Program-made: the position numbers and the translations under genes
The notes under the pieces: model-generated
The model's database searches: none
The model's input: only the letters and a program-made list of their open reading frames with translations
Told to the model about the DNA's origin: nothing
In this document: in pieces, positions 38,191-51,707 of the stretch
How positions within the stretch are numbered: position 1 is the first letter of the stretch
Layout of the letters: each line of letters starts with the position of its first letter
Source: Octopus sinensis
Lineage: Eukaryota
Assembly: GCF_006345805.1 (NCBI RefSeq)
Contig: NC_042999.1
Coordinates: 172,174,001 to 172,238,000, forward strand
Length of the DNA stretch: 64,000 bases
Reading direction: 5' to 3'

Positions 38191-39745
38191 ATTATCGACT
38201 GATATGTATTGAATTTCCAGTGAGAGTCAAAGGCTAGAGTTACAACAAATGCGATAGAGTTAAAATGTTTTTGTTCAAGATGAACTGTAATTGTCATTAT
38301 GTCGTTTGTAAAGTATTAGTGTTTTATATATTTCTTGTTTATTTGTTCCGATTCGTTCTGAGTCATTCTTAATGATTATTTGACAAACAGTATATCTATA
38401 TGCCCCTGCAGTATATGAATACCAAATTATTCTACTGCTAAAGTATGGATTTTCTCTGACAAATTACTTTGTATCATACGACACCATTCTATATTTGAAA
38501 GCACGTAAGAAAAAGAATGAAATGTACTCACGTTATTTTGTTTTTTGTGCTTGTGTTTGTCATGGCGACTTTCAAAGACGTTCTAATTAACGTGTAGTTC
38601 TTTGTACCTATATTTTATTTTTAAATATTAATACTTTTGTATGTCTTTATATGTCAATAGCAAGTTGCTCGTTCTAATTCCGTTCGGAGAAATTTTGTCT
38701 AAGCAGAGACCTTAACTTTTGAGGAAGGATTTCGACGAAGTCTGGATTACTATGTAGTCCAGTTTCATTGATTTTGTTTTACCTATGATGTTTTCTATGT
38801 TTTTATGACGCTGTGACTAATTCTTAATACTTAGCAAAATACATTTGGTCATTTGCACCAACATATCGACATTATATAACGAATATGTTAAGGTAATTTT
38901 ATGTGCATTACGGTATCATTGGTAGTGATGTTCTGATTCTATTATAACCATTCACTAACATTTCTTTCATTTGTGATATTCGTTTCTATTTTCCTGTATT
39001 TGCGGGCAATTGAATACTTATAGCTGCCAAATATTTCAATTCATAGAAGACACAATCTACCTAATATTGCATGGATGAACATCTTATTTAATGTTATTTT
39101 GCTTAGTAAATTAACATGCAGTTTTCTAAATTTTATATTTTTACTCAACAGGAACATTTCTCTTTTACTGGATATAATGAGACATTGCTAGTTGAATATG
39201 TATAAATATGTAAATCTGAAATTGTTTTGTTATATGTCTTCCAATCCTTCTTATCAAAACAATGTGAATTTTAGCGTAATCTTTCAAGTGAAATTTCTTT
39301 ATTTTTGCATTAATGGCTCCAAAGATTATAAATCCATCCTACTCAACTACTTTACCAATCTTGTTTATACTACATATTTAAATATCTTAATTTTATTTTC
39401 AATACCAGATTAGCAATCTTTAATGCTGTTATAACATTTCATATCATGCACTTTATAATTTAATTCTCTTATGATAAGATTTCTCGTCATTCAGTCCTCA
39501 TGTGGAAAGTCACCTTAGTGTGAACTGTACAGTCTCAAAATACAGTTTTAAGAAAGTAAGCATAAAAGTCCGCAAATCTTGTTAAAGAAGATAGGAAGGC
39601 TAAAATAGTTGTCACGATTCATATAACAATCTCTATTTTCCTTTTTAGTTTTCTTTCTTTTTATAATTTATTACTTACATGTTCTCTTTCTTTCCCTTTC
39701 TTTGTCATTCTGCTTTATTCCTTAGTCAATTTTTATTTTCTTTAA

Positions 39746-40135
39746 GGCGGCGAGCTGGCAGAACCGTTAGCACGCCGAGCGAAATGCGTAGCCGTATTTC
39801 GTCTGCCGTTACGTTATGAGTTCAAATTCCGCTGAGGTCGACTTTGCCTTTCATCCTTTCGGGGTCGAAAAATTAAGTATCAGTTATGTACTGGGTCGAT
39901 ATAATCGACTTAATCCGTTTGTCTGTCCTTGTTTGTCCTCTCTGTGTTTAGCCCATAGTGGGTAGTAAAGAAAATAGGTATTTAGTCTGTCTTCTGAGCT
40001 CAAATTCCGCCAATGTCGACTTTGCCTCTCATCAATTCGGGATCGATGAATTAAGTACCAGTTGCGTACTGGGGTCGATCTAATCGACTGACCCACTGCC
40101 CAGACATTTCGGGCCTTGTGCCTAGAATAGAAAAT
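39746..40135 (+). mobile_element. SINE family A dimer (full head copy plus second core)
   Basis: ggcggcgagctggcagaaccgttagcacgccgagcg...gtcgactttgcctttcatcctttcggggtcg; the core is repeated at about 39995-40135. Confidence 0.9.
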
Positions 40136-40214
40136 AATTTTTGTTTTCTTTACTTTAATCTTTATTTTATTCTTTGGATCAATCGTTTGTTATTTTTCTG
40201 CAATACGTACTTCT

Positions 40215-40475
40215 ATTCTTTTATTATTTTACTTGTTTCAGCCATTTTACTGCGGCCATGCTGGAGCGCCGCCTTAATGGTGTTTTAGTCGAAGAAATCG
40301 GTCCCAGGACTAATTCTTTGTGAGCCTAGTTCTTTATTCTATCAATGTCTTTATGCTCGTCTAACCGCTAAGTTACAGGAATATAAACACACCAGAATCG
40401 GTTGCCAAGCGACGGCGGGGGTACAGACACAGACACACAGGCATCAACATATACACATAAACATATACATATGTT

Positions 40476-40530
<55 letters not shown>

Positions 40531-40645
40531 CAGGCTTCTTCCAGTTTCCGTCTATCAAATCCACACGCAATACTTTGGTGGGCTAGTTGGCTAGAGACTG
40601 TAGTAAAACGACGCTATCCGAAGGTGCCACACTGTGAGACTGAAG
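40215..40645 (-). mobile_element. SINE family B, near full-length, diverged
   Basis: tacttgtttcagccatttt.actgcggccatgctggagcgccgcc...acaccagaatcggttg...ccagtttccgtctatcaaatccac...aaggtgccacactgtgagactgaa. Confidence 0.85.
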
Positions 40646-40937
40646 ACTTGGCCATGTCGTTAGGAGTGAATCTGCATACAACATAGACATGTCTACGCCT
40701 CCCCGTATATTTACTTCTTTCTAATGAGAACACCCACCACTTTACTAAATAATAAACAGATTTGGCTTTATGTATATTAGAAATTATATAATGGAGCAAT
40801 GATCCTATCTCATTCAAACCTTTGCACGTGTGCAGGTGCGTTTGTGCATATGTGTATGTGTGTAAAATGGCATGTAAGCGTGAAATATAGTTGTTGTTTG
40901 TTGTTACAAGCAAGCAATATTGTCTCACCTAGTTCAA

Positions 40938-41445
40938 ATCGGGAAGGTGAATAAGTTGGATATGAGGGTTCCACATGAAAATCAGTAACAGCAACGTTTG
41001 GAAGCCTGCATTATGTTATTTCCACGTCACATAAATGAATCATTTTTAATCGAATTCTAACACCTGATGAGAAATGGATCCAGTATAACAACCGTAAACG
41101 TTCAGCACAATGGTTGGGCAAAGATGAGCCACCAAAACACAGTCCAAAAAGTAAAATCCATCAAAAGAAGCTGATGTTGTGTGTTTGGTGGTCTGGCGCT
41201 GGAGTGATCCATTATGATTTCATTAAACCTAGCACATCAATCACGGCCGATGAATACTGTAGCCAACTGGAACAAATGATGCAGAAACTTACAAAAAACG
41301 CTTAGATCAGTCAACTGATTTACTCCTACTTTATTGTAAGACAACGCCAGACCACACATCGCAAAAATCACATTGGCGAATCTATTGGATTTTGAGTTGG
41401 AAGTTCTCCATCATCCACCATACTCACCTGATCTCATACCAGTGT
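40938..41445 (+). pseudogene. Mariner transposase fragment (DD34D catalytic region)
   Basis: RILTPDEKWIQYNNRKR, KLMLCVWW.G.GVIHYDF, DNARPH and HPPYSPDLIP; no TIRs seen. Confidence 0.9.
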
Positions 41446-42863
41446 GACTCACTGAAAATATTATTATTAAAATATAAGTTATCCTCAAAAGAAGTCATCT
41501 CTACTCATTTTTTCTAATATATATCGGTGCGTGTGTGTGTGTGTGTACGTTTGTATTATGTACACATGTGTGCCTATGTGTGCATATGTTCCTTTGTGTG
41601 TGCGTTTGGTGAGCTTTATAACTAACAGGATGATGGACAATCTGCTGAATCCTTCTTCATTCTACAGGTTTTACGTGAATGTCTTTATCCTGTACAAACT
41701 TTGTAACTTCAGAAATTTAGTATATGTCAACACTGTCAGCCACTAAATCCCACGTTATTAGTTATTGTCATTTACCGCTCTTAACAGGAATAGTTTTCTT
41801 CTCTCCAGTGGTGAAGCTGCAGGAAATTTCAGCGCAAATTAAAAAGCACTTCATACACATACCGAATTCTCTTTCCCTCAATGTCTGTCTCATTCTCTCT
41901 CTCCCTCTCTCTCTCTTCTTCTTCTTCTTGTCGCTCCTTCTCTCCATGGCTGCCACACACATTGACATTTATACATGCTGTTACGACATATACAGCGTTC
42001 AGTACGCTCCTGTATGTAAGTACGTGCAATACGTATAAAATTGTCTTGAAGTAGATCTATTGGATAATACCCACTGCCGATTAAAATAAATAAGATATAA
42101 ATGAAACCTAAGATCATAAATAGTTAAATTTATGCATACAGCTGCATAATGGTCTCCATATTTTCCTATCCATACGCACACAAATAATTCCTCTTACTAA
42201 TTCACTTTTACACTCTCAGCGGCACTTGTAACAAGCATGTTCACAAAACCTAATCGATATACACGTTTCTGGTTTATAACAATCTGTGCACATATTGATA
42301 CACACTTTTCCAAGGTAACCTACCGATTTTCAAATAAAATGAATCTAGCTTATGATAATTCAAATCTATTTATATTTTCTTCAGTTTAGTGAAATCAAAA
42401 TACGTGCTATATTTTATCATATCTGGAACACCTGAGAGTACGGTAATGCAAGAGGAAACATATCGTGATGCAGTGGCTTATTTACAGGACGGTTTCTCAT
42501 AGATTGATACGGCAGTGAGTGTCAGAGATGACTTAATATATTCCACTAATCTTCCCACCGATTTTATGATATACATAAAGTATCATATAAGGCTTCTAAC
42601 ATTGTGCTGTCTCACTGATCACCTGGGTTCTAGGCTACAAGATGTTACCTCCATCTTGGAATGACGTTCTTTACGAGGAATTTCTCTTCCATTTTAGTTC
42701 ACCATCCTAAATTAATACCGCTGTGTAACACATTTTCCAACAAAAGCTACAAAGAATATTGTCTGCTCGAATACATATTTGCCAAAATATAAACTTGACT
42801 GAGGTATGTTATCGTTAGATTGTTTGGACATGTAGTAAAATATCAATGAATTCACTGAAATAT

Positions 42864-45828
42864 TAGTTAGTTAGTTAATTTGGCTCAAAAGCAAATAGCA
42901 AGGCCATGTAGGGGGACATGGAGTTAAGTACAGGGTGGTGTTCATGTAAAGAGTTCAGGCCACTTGAGGTCCAGGGAGGCTTTGAACAAAGCGGTCGTCG
43001 GCATCTTCACCATCTCGTCTGGCAGCTTGTTCCACGGATCCGCAACCCGGACGGAGAAAGCTCCCTTCCTTTGATTGAGATGAAATCGTCGCAGGTAGAG
43101 CTTTTCGGAATGACCCCGCAGCCGACGCTCCGGAGCAGGAGTGAAGAACAGCTCTTTCGAGAGGTTACACTTCCAGCTTATGATGTTTTGGGCGAGAATG
43201 AGATCACCACGGCGGCGGCGTTTTTCAAGAGAACAAAGGTCGAGCGTCCTCAGCCTTTCTTCGTAGGACAAATTTTTGAGACCATGAACCATGCGGGTAG
43301 CCAGCCTCTGGACTCTTTCGAGGTGCTGTATGTCTTTGAGGAGATAAGGAGAAGAGGCTTGAATCCCATACTACAATATGGGTCTCACCAGCGTGACATA
43401 GAGTGGCAGGAATATGGCTGCTGTGAGCATTCCGAATGACCGTCGAATCAAAAACAGAATTCCTCGCGCTTTGTTGGCAGCATGGACGCACTGGGCCGAA
43501 GGCGAAAAGGAGGAATCCAGCAAGATACCCAGGTCCTTTACCTGATCGGTCCTCTCCAGCAGCAGACGACCCGGCTCGAAATCAAGTTGAGATGCAGGAG
43601 TAGAGCCGACAGGCAGATGACAGCACTTTGACACGTTCAGACACAGGTCCTAATCGTTAGACCACTTCCAAATTTGGTGGAGGCATCGACGAAGATCCTC
43701 TATACTACCGCGAGGAGCGACCAGTTTGATATCGTCGGCAAATAGAAGGGTGTGTTGCGTGAGGTCGTCGGGCAAGTCATTTATGAAGACTAAGAACAAC
43801 AAGGGCCCAAGCACTGAACCTTGAGGCACGCCACTGCTCGCACTGGAGACGTCGGACCGCGAACCATTAACTTGAACTTGGAAGGAGCGATCTGAGAGGA
43901 AGGCACCAACCCATCGTACAATATCCGGATGGAAACTATATGCTTGAAGCTTGACAAGTAGTAGGCGGTGGTTTACCGAGTCAAAAGCTTTGGCAAAGTC
44001 CAATAAAACGATGTCAACAGCATCACTATCATCGAGGATGCGCGTCACCAATTCTTCCATTACTAGTAAGTTGGTCAAGCATGATCTCTTCGGCACGAAG
44101 CCGTGTTGGGAATCAGTGATCGAGGCTGTGTTTAGGAGGTGGAGCATCTTACTTTTCTTAAGGATGGTTTCGAACATCTTGCTGATTATTGATGTAAGGG
44201 AAACCGGTCGGTAGTTAAGCGGGTCTTCGCGGCTACCTTTCTTGAAAATTGGGCAGATTATCGCTGTTCTCCAGTCTGCAGGTATAACACCCGTCGCCAA
44301 TGACATATTGAATAGTCGTGTTAAGGGCTCGCACATGACCGGAGCCAACGCTTTGATAACCCGTGGGTGTATGCCGTCAGGGCCGTGACCCTTGTTGACA
44401 TCGAGGCCTTGAATAACACGTTTGACTTGGTCCCGCGTGATGATCAATCGAAGCATTGGAGGTACCGATCTATCAAATGGAGGGGGTTCACGACCATCAT
44501 CTTCTTTGAAAATAGTTGAAAAAGCCTCGGCAAATAATTGACTCTGTTGATAAGGGTCCTCAATCGATACGCCTGTTGAGTCTACCAACGTTGCAATCTG
44601 GTTGTTCAAGCGGGAATTCCGCTGGACACGGGCAAAGAAGGTTTTTGGATTGCTACTGGCATTTGCCGCGATTTTGTATTCATAACTGAAGCGTTCTTTC
44701 TTTTCAATTTTCACGGCTCGGTCTCGTTGAGTTTTGTACACCTCAAAAGCTGCAGTCGAATCCAGATTTTTGAATTCAGCCCAAGCAATATCTCTGAGTC
44801 GACGTTCTCGTTTAACCTTCTTCGTCACCCAGGGCTTGTGTTTCCTCCTCTTGGGAAGTCCAACGGGAACTGCCTTGTCAGTCAAACAGATTACATATGC
44901 TTTGAGGGATGACCATAGTTCGTCAACTGAGGACAACATCATCAGGGAACGCCAGTCCAGAAGCGCGGAAGCCTCGGTTAGAATTTCAAAATTAATTGCA
45001 GAGAAGACTCTACGTGGCAGCGAAGTAATCGTGGGTGTGGAAAAAGTTGTGTGCATGACGAACTTCAGGACCGCATGATCACTCTTGGCAAGAGGGGCGC
45101 ACACAGATACGTCTGACACTGATCTTGGATAGCGGGAGAATACCAGATCTAGCATAGATGGCTGCTGCCCAGACCGATGCCTTGTCGGATATTCAACATG
45201 TTGCGATAGAAAACAATCTTCAGCCACGTCAAGAAGGGCCTGGCCGAACCGGGAAGATATTGTACAAATTGATGCGAGCCAATCGATCGTGGGAGCGTTG
45301 AAGTCGCCTAGTACCAAGCAGTCATGCGAAGCTGAAACGAATCTTATCGCTTCGAGTAGATGAGCATCGTCCTGGGGGTCGGCTAGAGGCGGCCTGTAGA
45401 CAGCCAACACGGGCAGGCAAAACTCAGATAGGCTCAGCTTGCAATAGACGGCATCGAATTTGGTTGTAGTTTGAGCATTTGTGGGTAGAATACCGCAGGA
45501 CGGTTTGTGCTCAGACTTAACATACACAGCAACACCTCCACCTCGCCTTTTTCCTCTGTCACATCTGAAAAGAACGTAGCCCTGCAGGTGGATCACTGAG
45601 CCCTTTACTGCTGGAGTCAGCCAAGTCTCGGTGATAGCTATCACATCAGGGGAGTCGCGTAGGGCCAGTTTAAATAGCTCACTGAACTTTGGGAATAAGG
45701 AGCACAAGTTGGTGTAGACGATGCTGAGCTGTGAAGTCTGAGGGGCGGGAGTTGGGGAACAAGCAGAATAAAGGGCATCAGAGATAGCATCGTTGACGGG
45801 GGCATCAACTTCACTTGGATTTGCCCTC
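42864..45828 (-). mobile_element. Young 5'-truncated CR1-clade LINE
   Basis: Endonuclease plus RT ORF2, a short 3' UTR and a (TAAC)n tail (ttagttagttagtt at about 42863-42877). Possible ATAT target duplication at 42860-42863 and 45829-45832. Confidence 0.92.
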
Positions 45829-45830
45829 AT
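42942..45830 (-). pseudogene. LINE ORF2 (APE endonuclease plus reverse transcriptase), 963 codons in one frame with two premature TAG stops
   Basis: ORFs 43650-45830, 43371-43634 and 42942-43292 share one frame. Motifs ITETWL, GDFNAP, SDHA, YRPVSL, LDFAKAFDSV, GVPQGSVLGP, FADD, LRGHSEKL and WNKLP. Stops at 43650-43652 and 43371-43373. Confidence 0.93.
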
Positions 45831-46541
45831 ATCACTTTCCCTGTCAGCACTACAGTATGGGACCAGAGGTAGGACATGATTATCTGTCCATCTTGGATTC
45901 GTAAACCTTTCTCTCCCATTTGTTTCCTCAACTTTAGAAATAAGTCTCTATAAAATAATCATTTATATCACTCCTTTCAAAAAATATGAATCAACACTGC
46001 AAAGCTAATTTTGAATACGGGCGGTTTGTAAAAACATCTTGAAATTTTGAATAACTGTTAACCCTTTTATGAATCCACGCAATATCTTTTAATGCGCTTA
46101 TATACCAAATTTTCCAAGATAGGTTCATCATCATAAGCTTCTTATGCCATACCATCCGCAACGTTGTAACTACTAACTGGCACTTCACATATAAACATAC
46201 ACCATACCTTCAAACCCATCATTGAAGTTCTATGTAAACATAATGTAAACTACTGCGTAAAATTAGCCTTCCTGAAAAATCTCCTCCCGAGAAAGAAATT
46301 AATCGCCTATCCACCATTGGACAAAATAACATGGAACTGATAATACCTCATGGAAAGTCTGTATCTTATTTCCCCTTGTTATACCCAAATCATTATACTA
46401 AGATGTGCTTCATTCACATCCTCATGTTTGCTTTCTTCTTACTCCTATTATTTTCCTACTCTTTTTTTAAAAACGAAAAACACACTGTAGCTATTATTAA
46501 CCGTTTTTATATGTGTTATCCCTCCCAACGACTTTAGACAG

Positions 46542-46658
46542 CTGAAGAAGCCTAGAGGCACATTTATTATCCAAGTCTTACCTGCTCATCCCCACATAAC
46601 ACTTGAGAGATGGAGACAACTTGGTAGATTCCGTTGCCTCTAGGCAGAAACGGCCGTA
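46542..46658 (+). ncRNA. Degenerate hammerhead-like motif with 11-bp stem II
   Basis: CTGAAGA 46542-48; GCCTAGAGGCA 46550-60 pairs with TGCCTCTAGGC 46635-45; GAAA 46647-50; palindromic ACGGCCGT then A46658. Stem I does not pair. Confidence 0.45.
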
Positions 46659-49019
46659 AGGAACTAGCACCTACTGTCAAGCTGCTCATTTGCTCATGTA
46701 TTCATTCAATCACCTGTTAATATATGATTATATGCTTCCACACCCTTGTTCTTGCAATTACCAGCTCTTTATATTTGATATGCTGTACTGCTAATAAATG
46801 AGTATGTATTCATCTAATACATTCTAATACATTGGATTAAATATGCATACTGGAATGTTTACCGGCCGATATCTTTCCATTTTGTATCCCCTCCACTTTC
46901 TTATCTGCCGTATAAATCAAGGGTAAACCACTCAATAGCAAGATTGCCATGCAGTATATTGGATAGGTACTATACGCTAGTTGGTTTCTCAACATCTAAC
47001 TCATACAAAAATATATATATGTATATGTATATATATATATTAATATATAAAAATAGATAACAGGGGCAAACATGTACCTATACGAGTCCCATGCATGATA
47101 GAAGGGGACACCAATTTCTGAACACTACCTAACATATCACCAAAAGAAAAAAAAATATAACACGTGTCGTACTCTTGCAAATAAACGAAACGGATTCATG
47201 AAACGGTTCAATTACATATCAATTGCTTTCAAGATTAAGGGGTAATCCCTTTTTCTATGATCAGTGTAATATATCCAGCTCAATGCACATAAACACGAAC
47301 AAAATACATACCTGTTAAACAGAAAAAGCTCCGCACCAAAAATAAGTTGTCCGTACTTATATACAACATAAAAATTCAAAAATCTGGTATAGTTTATTTC
47401 GACCGCATGTTAATAACCATGTAATTGAGCAGTGAATAAGTTTAGTTTGAGTGAAATAATGTATTAAAAATATATTTATAAAATATTGAGGATAAAAATC
47501 TACGTTAGATTTTAACTGTTAGGGTTTCCATGTTCGTGAAGAATAAGGGTAACCTGATTAGTATTGCCTTGATTTGATACTGTGAGTAAAACACGATGGC
47601 GACTTCGAAGAAATATTTCAATTTTATCTAAGTTTTAATTCCCAAACCACATTCAGATTCATCTATCAAACAATCAGCTACACACACATGCTACCCTTCA
47701 TTCCACCCATGTTTTTCTTTTCTTACACTGTGATATACTTTATTGTAACTCATTTCTACCTCGGTGGAGCATTATCGAGAGATGATAACATGGCTTTGTA
47801 TGTTTCTCAGTTCCTCCAATCGAGGAATGACGATACAAACGAGCCTACTTAAAAGTAGGAATAGATGTCCGTGCGAGGGCAACTATGAGAGCATATGAGT
47901 ACATTTGTAGTTATGTAGGGAAGCGCATGTGCACATGGAGATACACAGTGGAGACGCGTATGTCGATTACTGCCGACTTTAGTAGTATCTTTATTATGTA
48001 GGTTATTGGAAGAGTGCGTGTAATTTGTAATATGCGTGAGTGGATAAGATAAATGTTTTATATGAGTATGTGAGAATATACATGTAAGTATGTCTCCAGC
48101 TGTAGCGAACATCTCGTTATATTTAAATTTTCGTTTTACTTCATTGGCTGTGTAGTATTGCCCACAAATGCGCCTGTACAGAGTAACGAACAAACATTAT
48201 TCACACTCATGAACATGACACTAAAATTGATGCGGGAGTTCTGAAGATTTACAGGGAGTTTAATCATAGATACTTATGTAAATATCTGTGAGAGCTAATT
48301 TGATGTATCCCACTAATTTTATCAAAAACTTTATGATATACACAAATATTATCTAAACCTTCTGATATCTTGCTGAGTAAGTAATCGCCTAGTTGGTACA
48401 CTACAATATTTTATTTTCACCTTACTGCGACGTTCTTTAAGTGAGGTTTCACTTACATTTAAGCATGAGCTTGCGTAAAAAATACTGGTATGTGTCACAT
48501 TATCCGTCAAAACCTACAAAAATATTGTTAATTATTGACAAATGGATCTTCCTTTGTCTCCCACTTCTATGTAAGACACGTTCAGTTGAATCACAAAACT
48601 TACACCGCATATATTGTATATATTCAACACCAATAATATTGCACAATCAACCCATACGGTATATACTTCACACATTCATCATGAAGCACAATGGCATACA
48701 CATACAACACTAGTTGAATGGCACATACAATACCATATCCTCATTAATCAACTTAACACAACAAAACATAAATATATGCTCAGGGAAACTAATAAAACAA
48801 ATAAAGAAATCTGTAAAACCACCACTCAAACAAAACAGACCTAGGGATAAAGAAGAGCATATTGCATACAAAGAAACACACTCAGAAAATACATCAACTA
48901 AACCTTATCTATCCAGAGGTATGCGTGCTAGAGCGATCGGAACTCGATTGAAAATTGAAAATTAATAATATAAAAAAGATATACTAAGAATATTGATAAA
49001 TAATAAAATATCAATTATT

Positions 49020-49235
49020 CTTTCTACTATAGGCACAAGACCTGAAACTTTGGAGAAATAGGCAAGTCAATTACATAGATCCCAGTGCTCAACTTGCACG
49101 TAATTTATCGACACCGAATGAATGATTAATACCGGCGACTACGTCGGGATTTGAGCATCGAACGTGAAACTTGAAGGCAAGACACTAAGCCCTTTTGTTC
49201 TGTGTGCTAACGCTTCTGACAGCCCGCAGTCTTCG
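49020..49235 (-). mobile_element. SINE family A, degenerate
   Basis: ttctactataggcacaagacctgaaact...taatttatcgacaccgaa...gctaacgcttctgacagcccgc is the reverse complement of the family A pattern. Confidence 0.65.
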
Positions 49236-51605
49236 ATCAACTCACTCAAATATAATTATGTTAATTAAGGAAACTGGTGAAAAAACAACAATATAAGTTA
49301 CGAAAATTGTTAAGAATAAAGGATGAATTTGATTTGAAAGTAATTTCATATAATGTAAAAAAATGCATTGATATCATCACTCACTATCAGGTTTTTTCAT
49401 GTTATCCTATTAATATTAAAGAATATGAATAGAGTATAGAAATGTGTTTCCCTCCCGCACGCCAGTCATCTTTTTTTAATCTTCTACTTCTACAGTTATG
49501 CTTATAACAATCAGCAAATGGATTATTACGTATGCTTGTGTGTAGGAATATTTTCAGTGATGTTCACTTAATTACATTGAACGAAATTCACCACAGATAC
49601 ATTTTTAATCAATTTCAATCGAAATATAAGTTTAAACAAGTAAATTACATTAAAACAAGGCCCACTTTAGATGATTGAAGAATCTTGTTGGAGAATTATT
49701 GTAATAAATTAAAATATTTCCTCTTAGAAACCAAAATAAAACATTTAAAATATAATTATATTGCGAATGAAATTGAACAGCAGCTGTTGTCAATGTTGAT
49801 CCATTCGTTAATTTTTAGCGATTTCAATGTAAGTGAAGCGTTCTCTTTTCTATCGCTGCTTTAAGATTTAGTATTAATAATCTATTTTAAAATCTACGTA
49901 ACTGTGACTAAAATAAAATGATTAACAACGAAATAAATAACATTATTTAATTTCGAATCACAAAGTTTTATGTTCAATATCCCTGTAGTTCAAGCGTTTT
50001 ACCATTGAGATAATGACAAATATTTTGTTAAACTTCATGAGAGAAGTGTAATTTATTATTTTTAACGTGATATTCGATGGCCAACATTTTATAGGGCAAA
50101 AACATCTAAATATAACTGTGTAGTATCTCTAAATGCGGATGCTGAATGGAGAAAAGCTTACAAGTTAGACAATAAACGCCATATCTATAAGCAGAAAAAT
50201 GTACTCAGCCAGTCTGCTGACAGTATATTATTTGACTGAATTTATTCATCGTTTCTACAGAGACCAAACAGGAAAGACATATGAATTGAAAACATATCTA
50301 AATATTGGGTCCTCTTATGCATTACGTCTACGGTGGATTATATGCGTATAATATAATACAATTTTCATTGTAAAAATATTACAAATTCCTATATTTAAGT
50401 TTTGTAATGCCTTATAGGTATATTTAACCTTCGTAAAGTCTTTTAGTTATTTATCAAATTTTGAAATGTTCGGTTTGCTTTTGGAAGAAGTATATATTTA
50501 TCAAGTGAATATGTATTAAGAGTATGAATTACATATCTTTTAAGTATGGAAATAAACGGTTATATATAATTAACATCCAACAAAAAGTAAAAAGGTCAAA
50601 GGTACTTGAATGTGTATAGCACAAACGAATTTGCTCCTTAAGCACATTTAACACAAATTATTTTACTGATAAAGTATTTGTTGAATTATAACAGAGCCTG
50701 AAAAATTACACGTTCGAGTTTCACAACGTTTGTCACAGAAGTAACATTTAAAAGTTGTGTATTCACTGTCTAGGCATAATAAAGTTTAATATACGGTCGG
50801 ATCGTACTCTTGCACGTAGTATGAGTTCGAAAGAATTAGATATGACATTACACTTTTCGAAGGAAGTGCAGTCAATTTCGTGGATTCGCTGGGTTATGGC
50901 ATTTGGGCATAGCTTAAAGAGACCAGTATATTTGTGATTATTTAAGACATTTTTTTTTGCAATTTCTAATTTATTACAAAATTTTACGTTTTTAGTTTGC
51001 TAAACAGGCACCTCAAGAAATATGCTATTGATAATTAAGTTTTTCAATATGGAAGAATCAGATTCTATAAACACTTGGTTCAACTAAGTACAAATATCAA
51101 AGCAAACAGATTCCAGTATGACAATTTCACGATAAATCACAGAATTTCGTAGACATATTTTGTCTCCAATAATATTGCTGCGAGTTTCCCCTTAGAATCC
51201 CTATTCAATTATTGAAATATTTATAGAAAGTATCAATGAATTCTCTCTGGTTCGGTATAGTAAACGTTATCGCCTCTAGGAATATAGCTTTATTGATGGT
51301 GCTTACTTCATTCTCCCTATCATTTTGTAATAAAGTTATATTTTAACGTCTAATGAACTTACATAGAAATTTAGACCTTAAAAGGTTTGCAGTTAGTGAA
51401 GTAGTAGAATTTGTTCTAAATATATTTCAGAATACCATTTAAACTGATTTAAAGTGGAATTGTAGTTTAACCGTTCAAAGTCAATAAACAAATACCGCAT
51501 AAATCCCTAAGTTCACTTTTGAAGATTTGGTCAAATATAATAAATTGTATGAAGCTGCATATTAATTGTCAATTATCTATTTTAATCTCTGAGGCGATAT
51601 GACAA

Positions 51606-51707
51606 ACTATAAAAGTATACTACAAAACATACTATAAAATTATACTATAAAAGTATACTATAAAAGTATACTATATAGCATACTATAAGCCTTTATTATA
51701 GTATGCT
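51606..51707. repeat. 13-bp minisatellite (ACTATAAAAGTAT) about 6.5 copies, ending in a 12-bp hairpin
   Basis: Units start at 51606, 51619, 51631, 51644, 51657 and 51670. agcatactataa 51677-88 pairs with ttatagtatgct 51696-707. Confidence 0.85.

Noticed and set aside
41064-41074. CTGATGAGAAA hammerhead-like string
   Set aside because: It encodes PDEK of the mariner catalytic motif; there is no stem II.
42918-45078. Several plus-strand and alternative-frame ORFs within the LINE
   Set aside because: They are antisense or shadow frames of the GC-rich ORF2.
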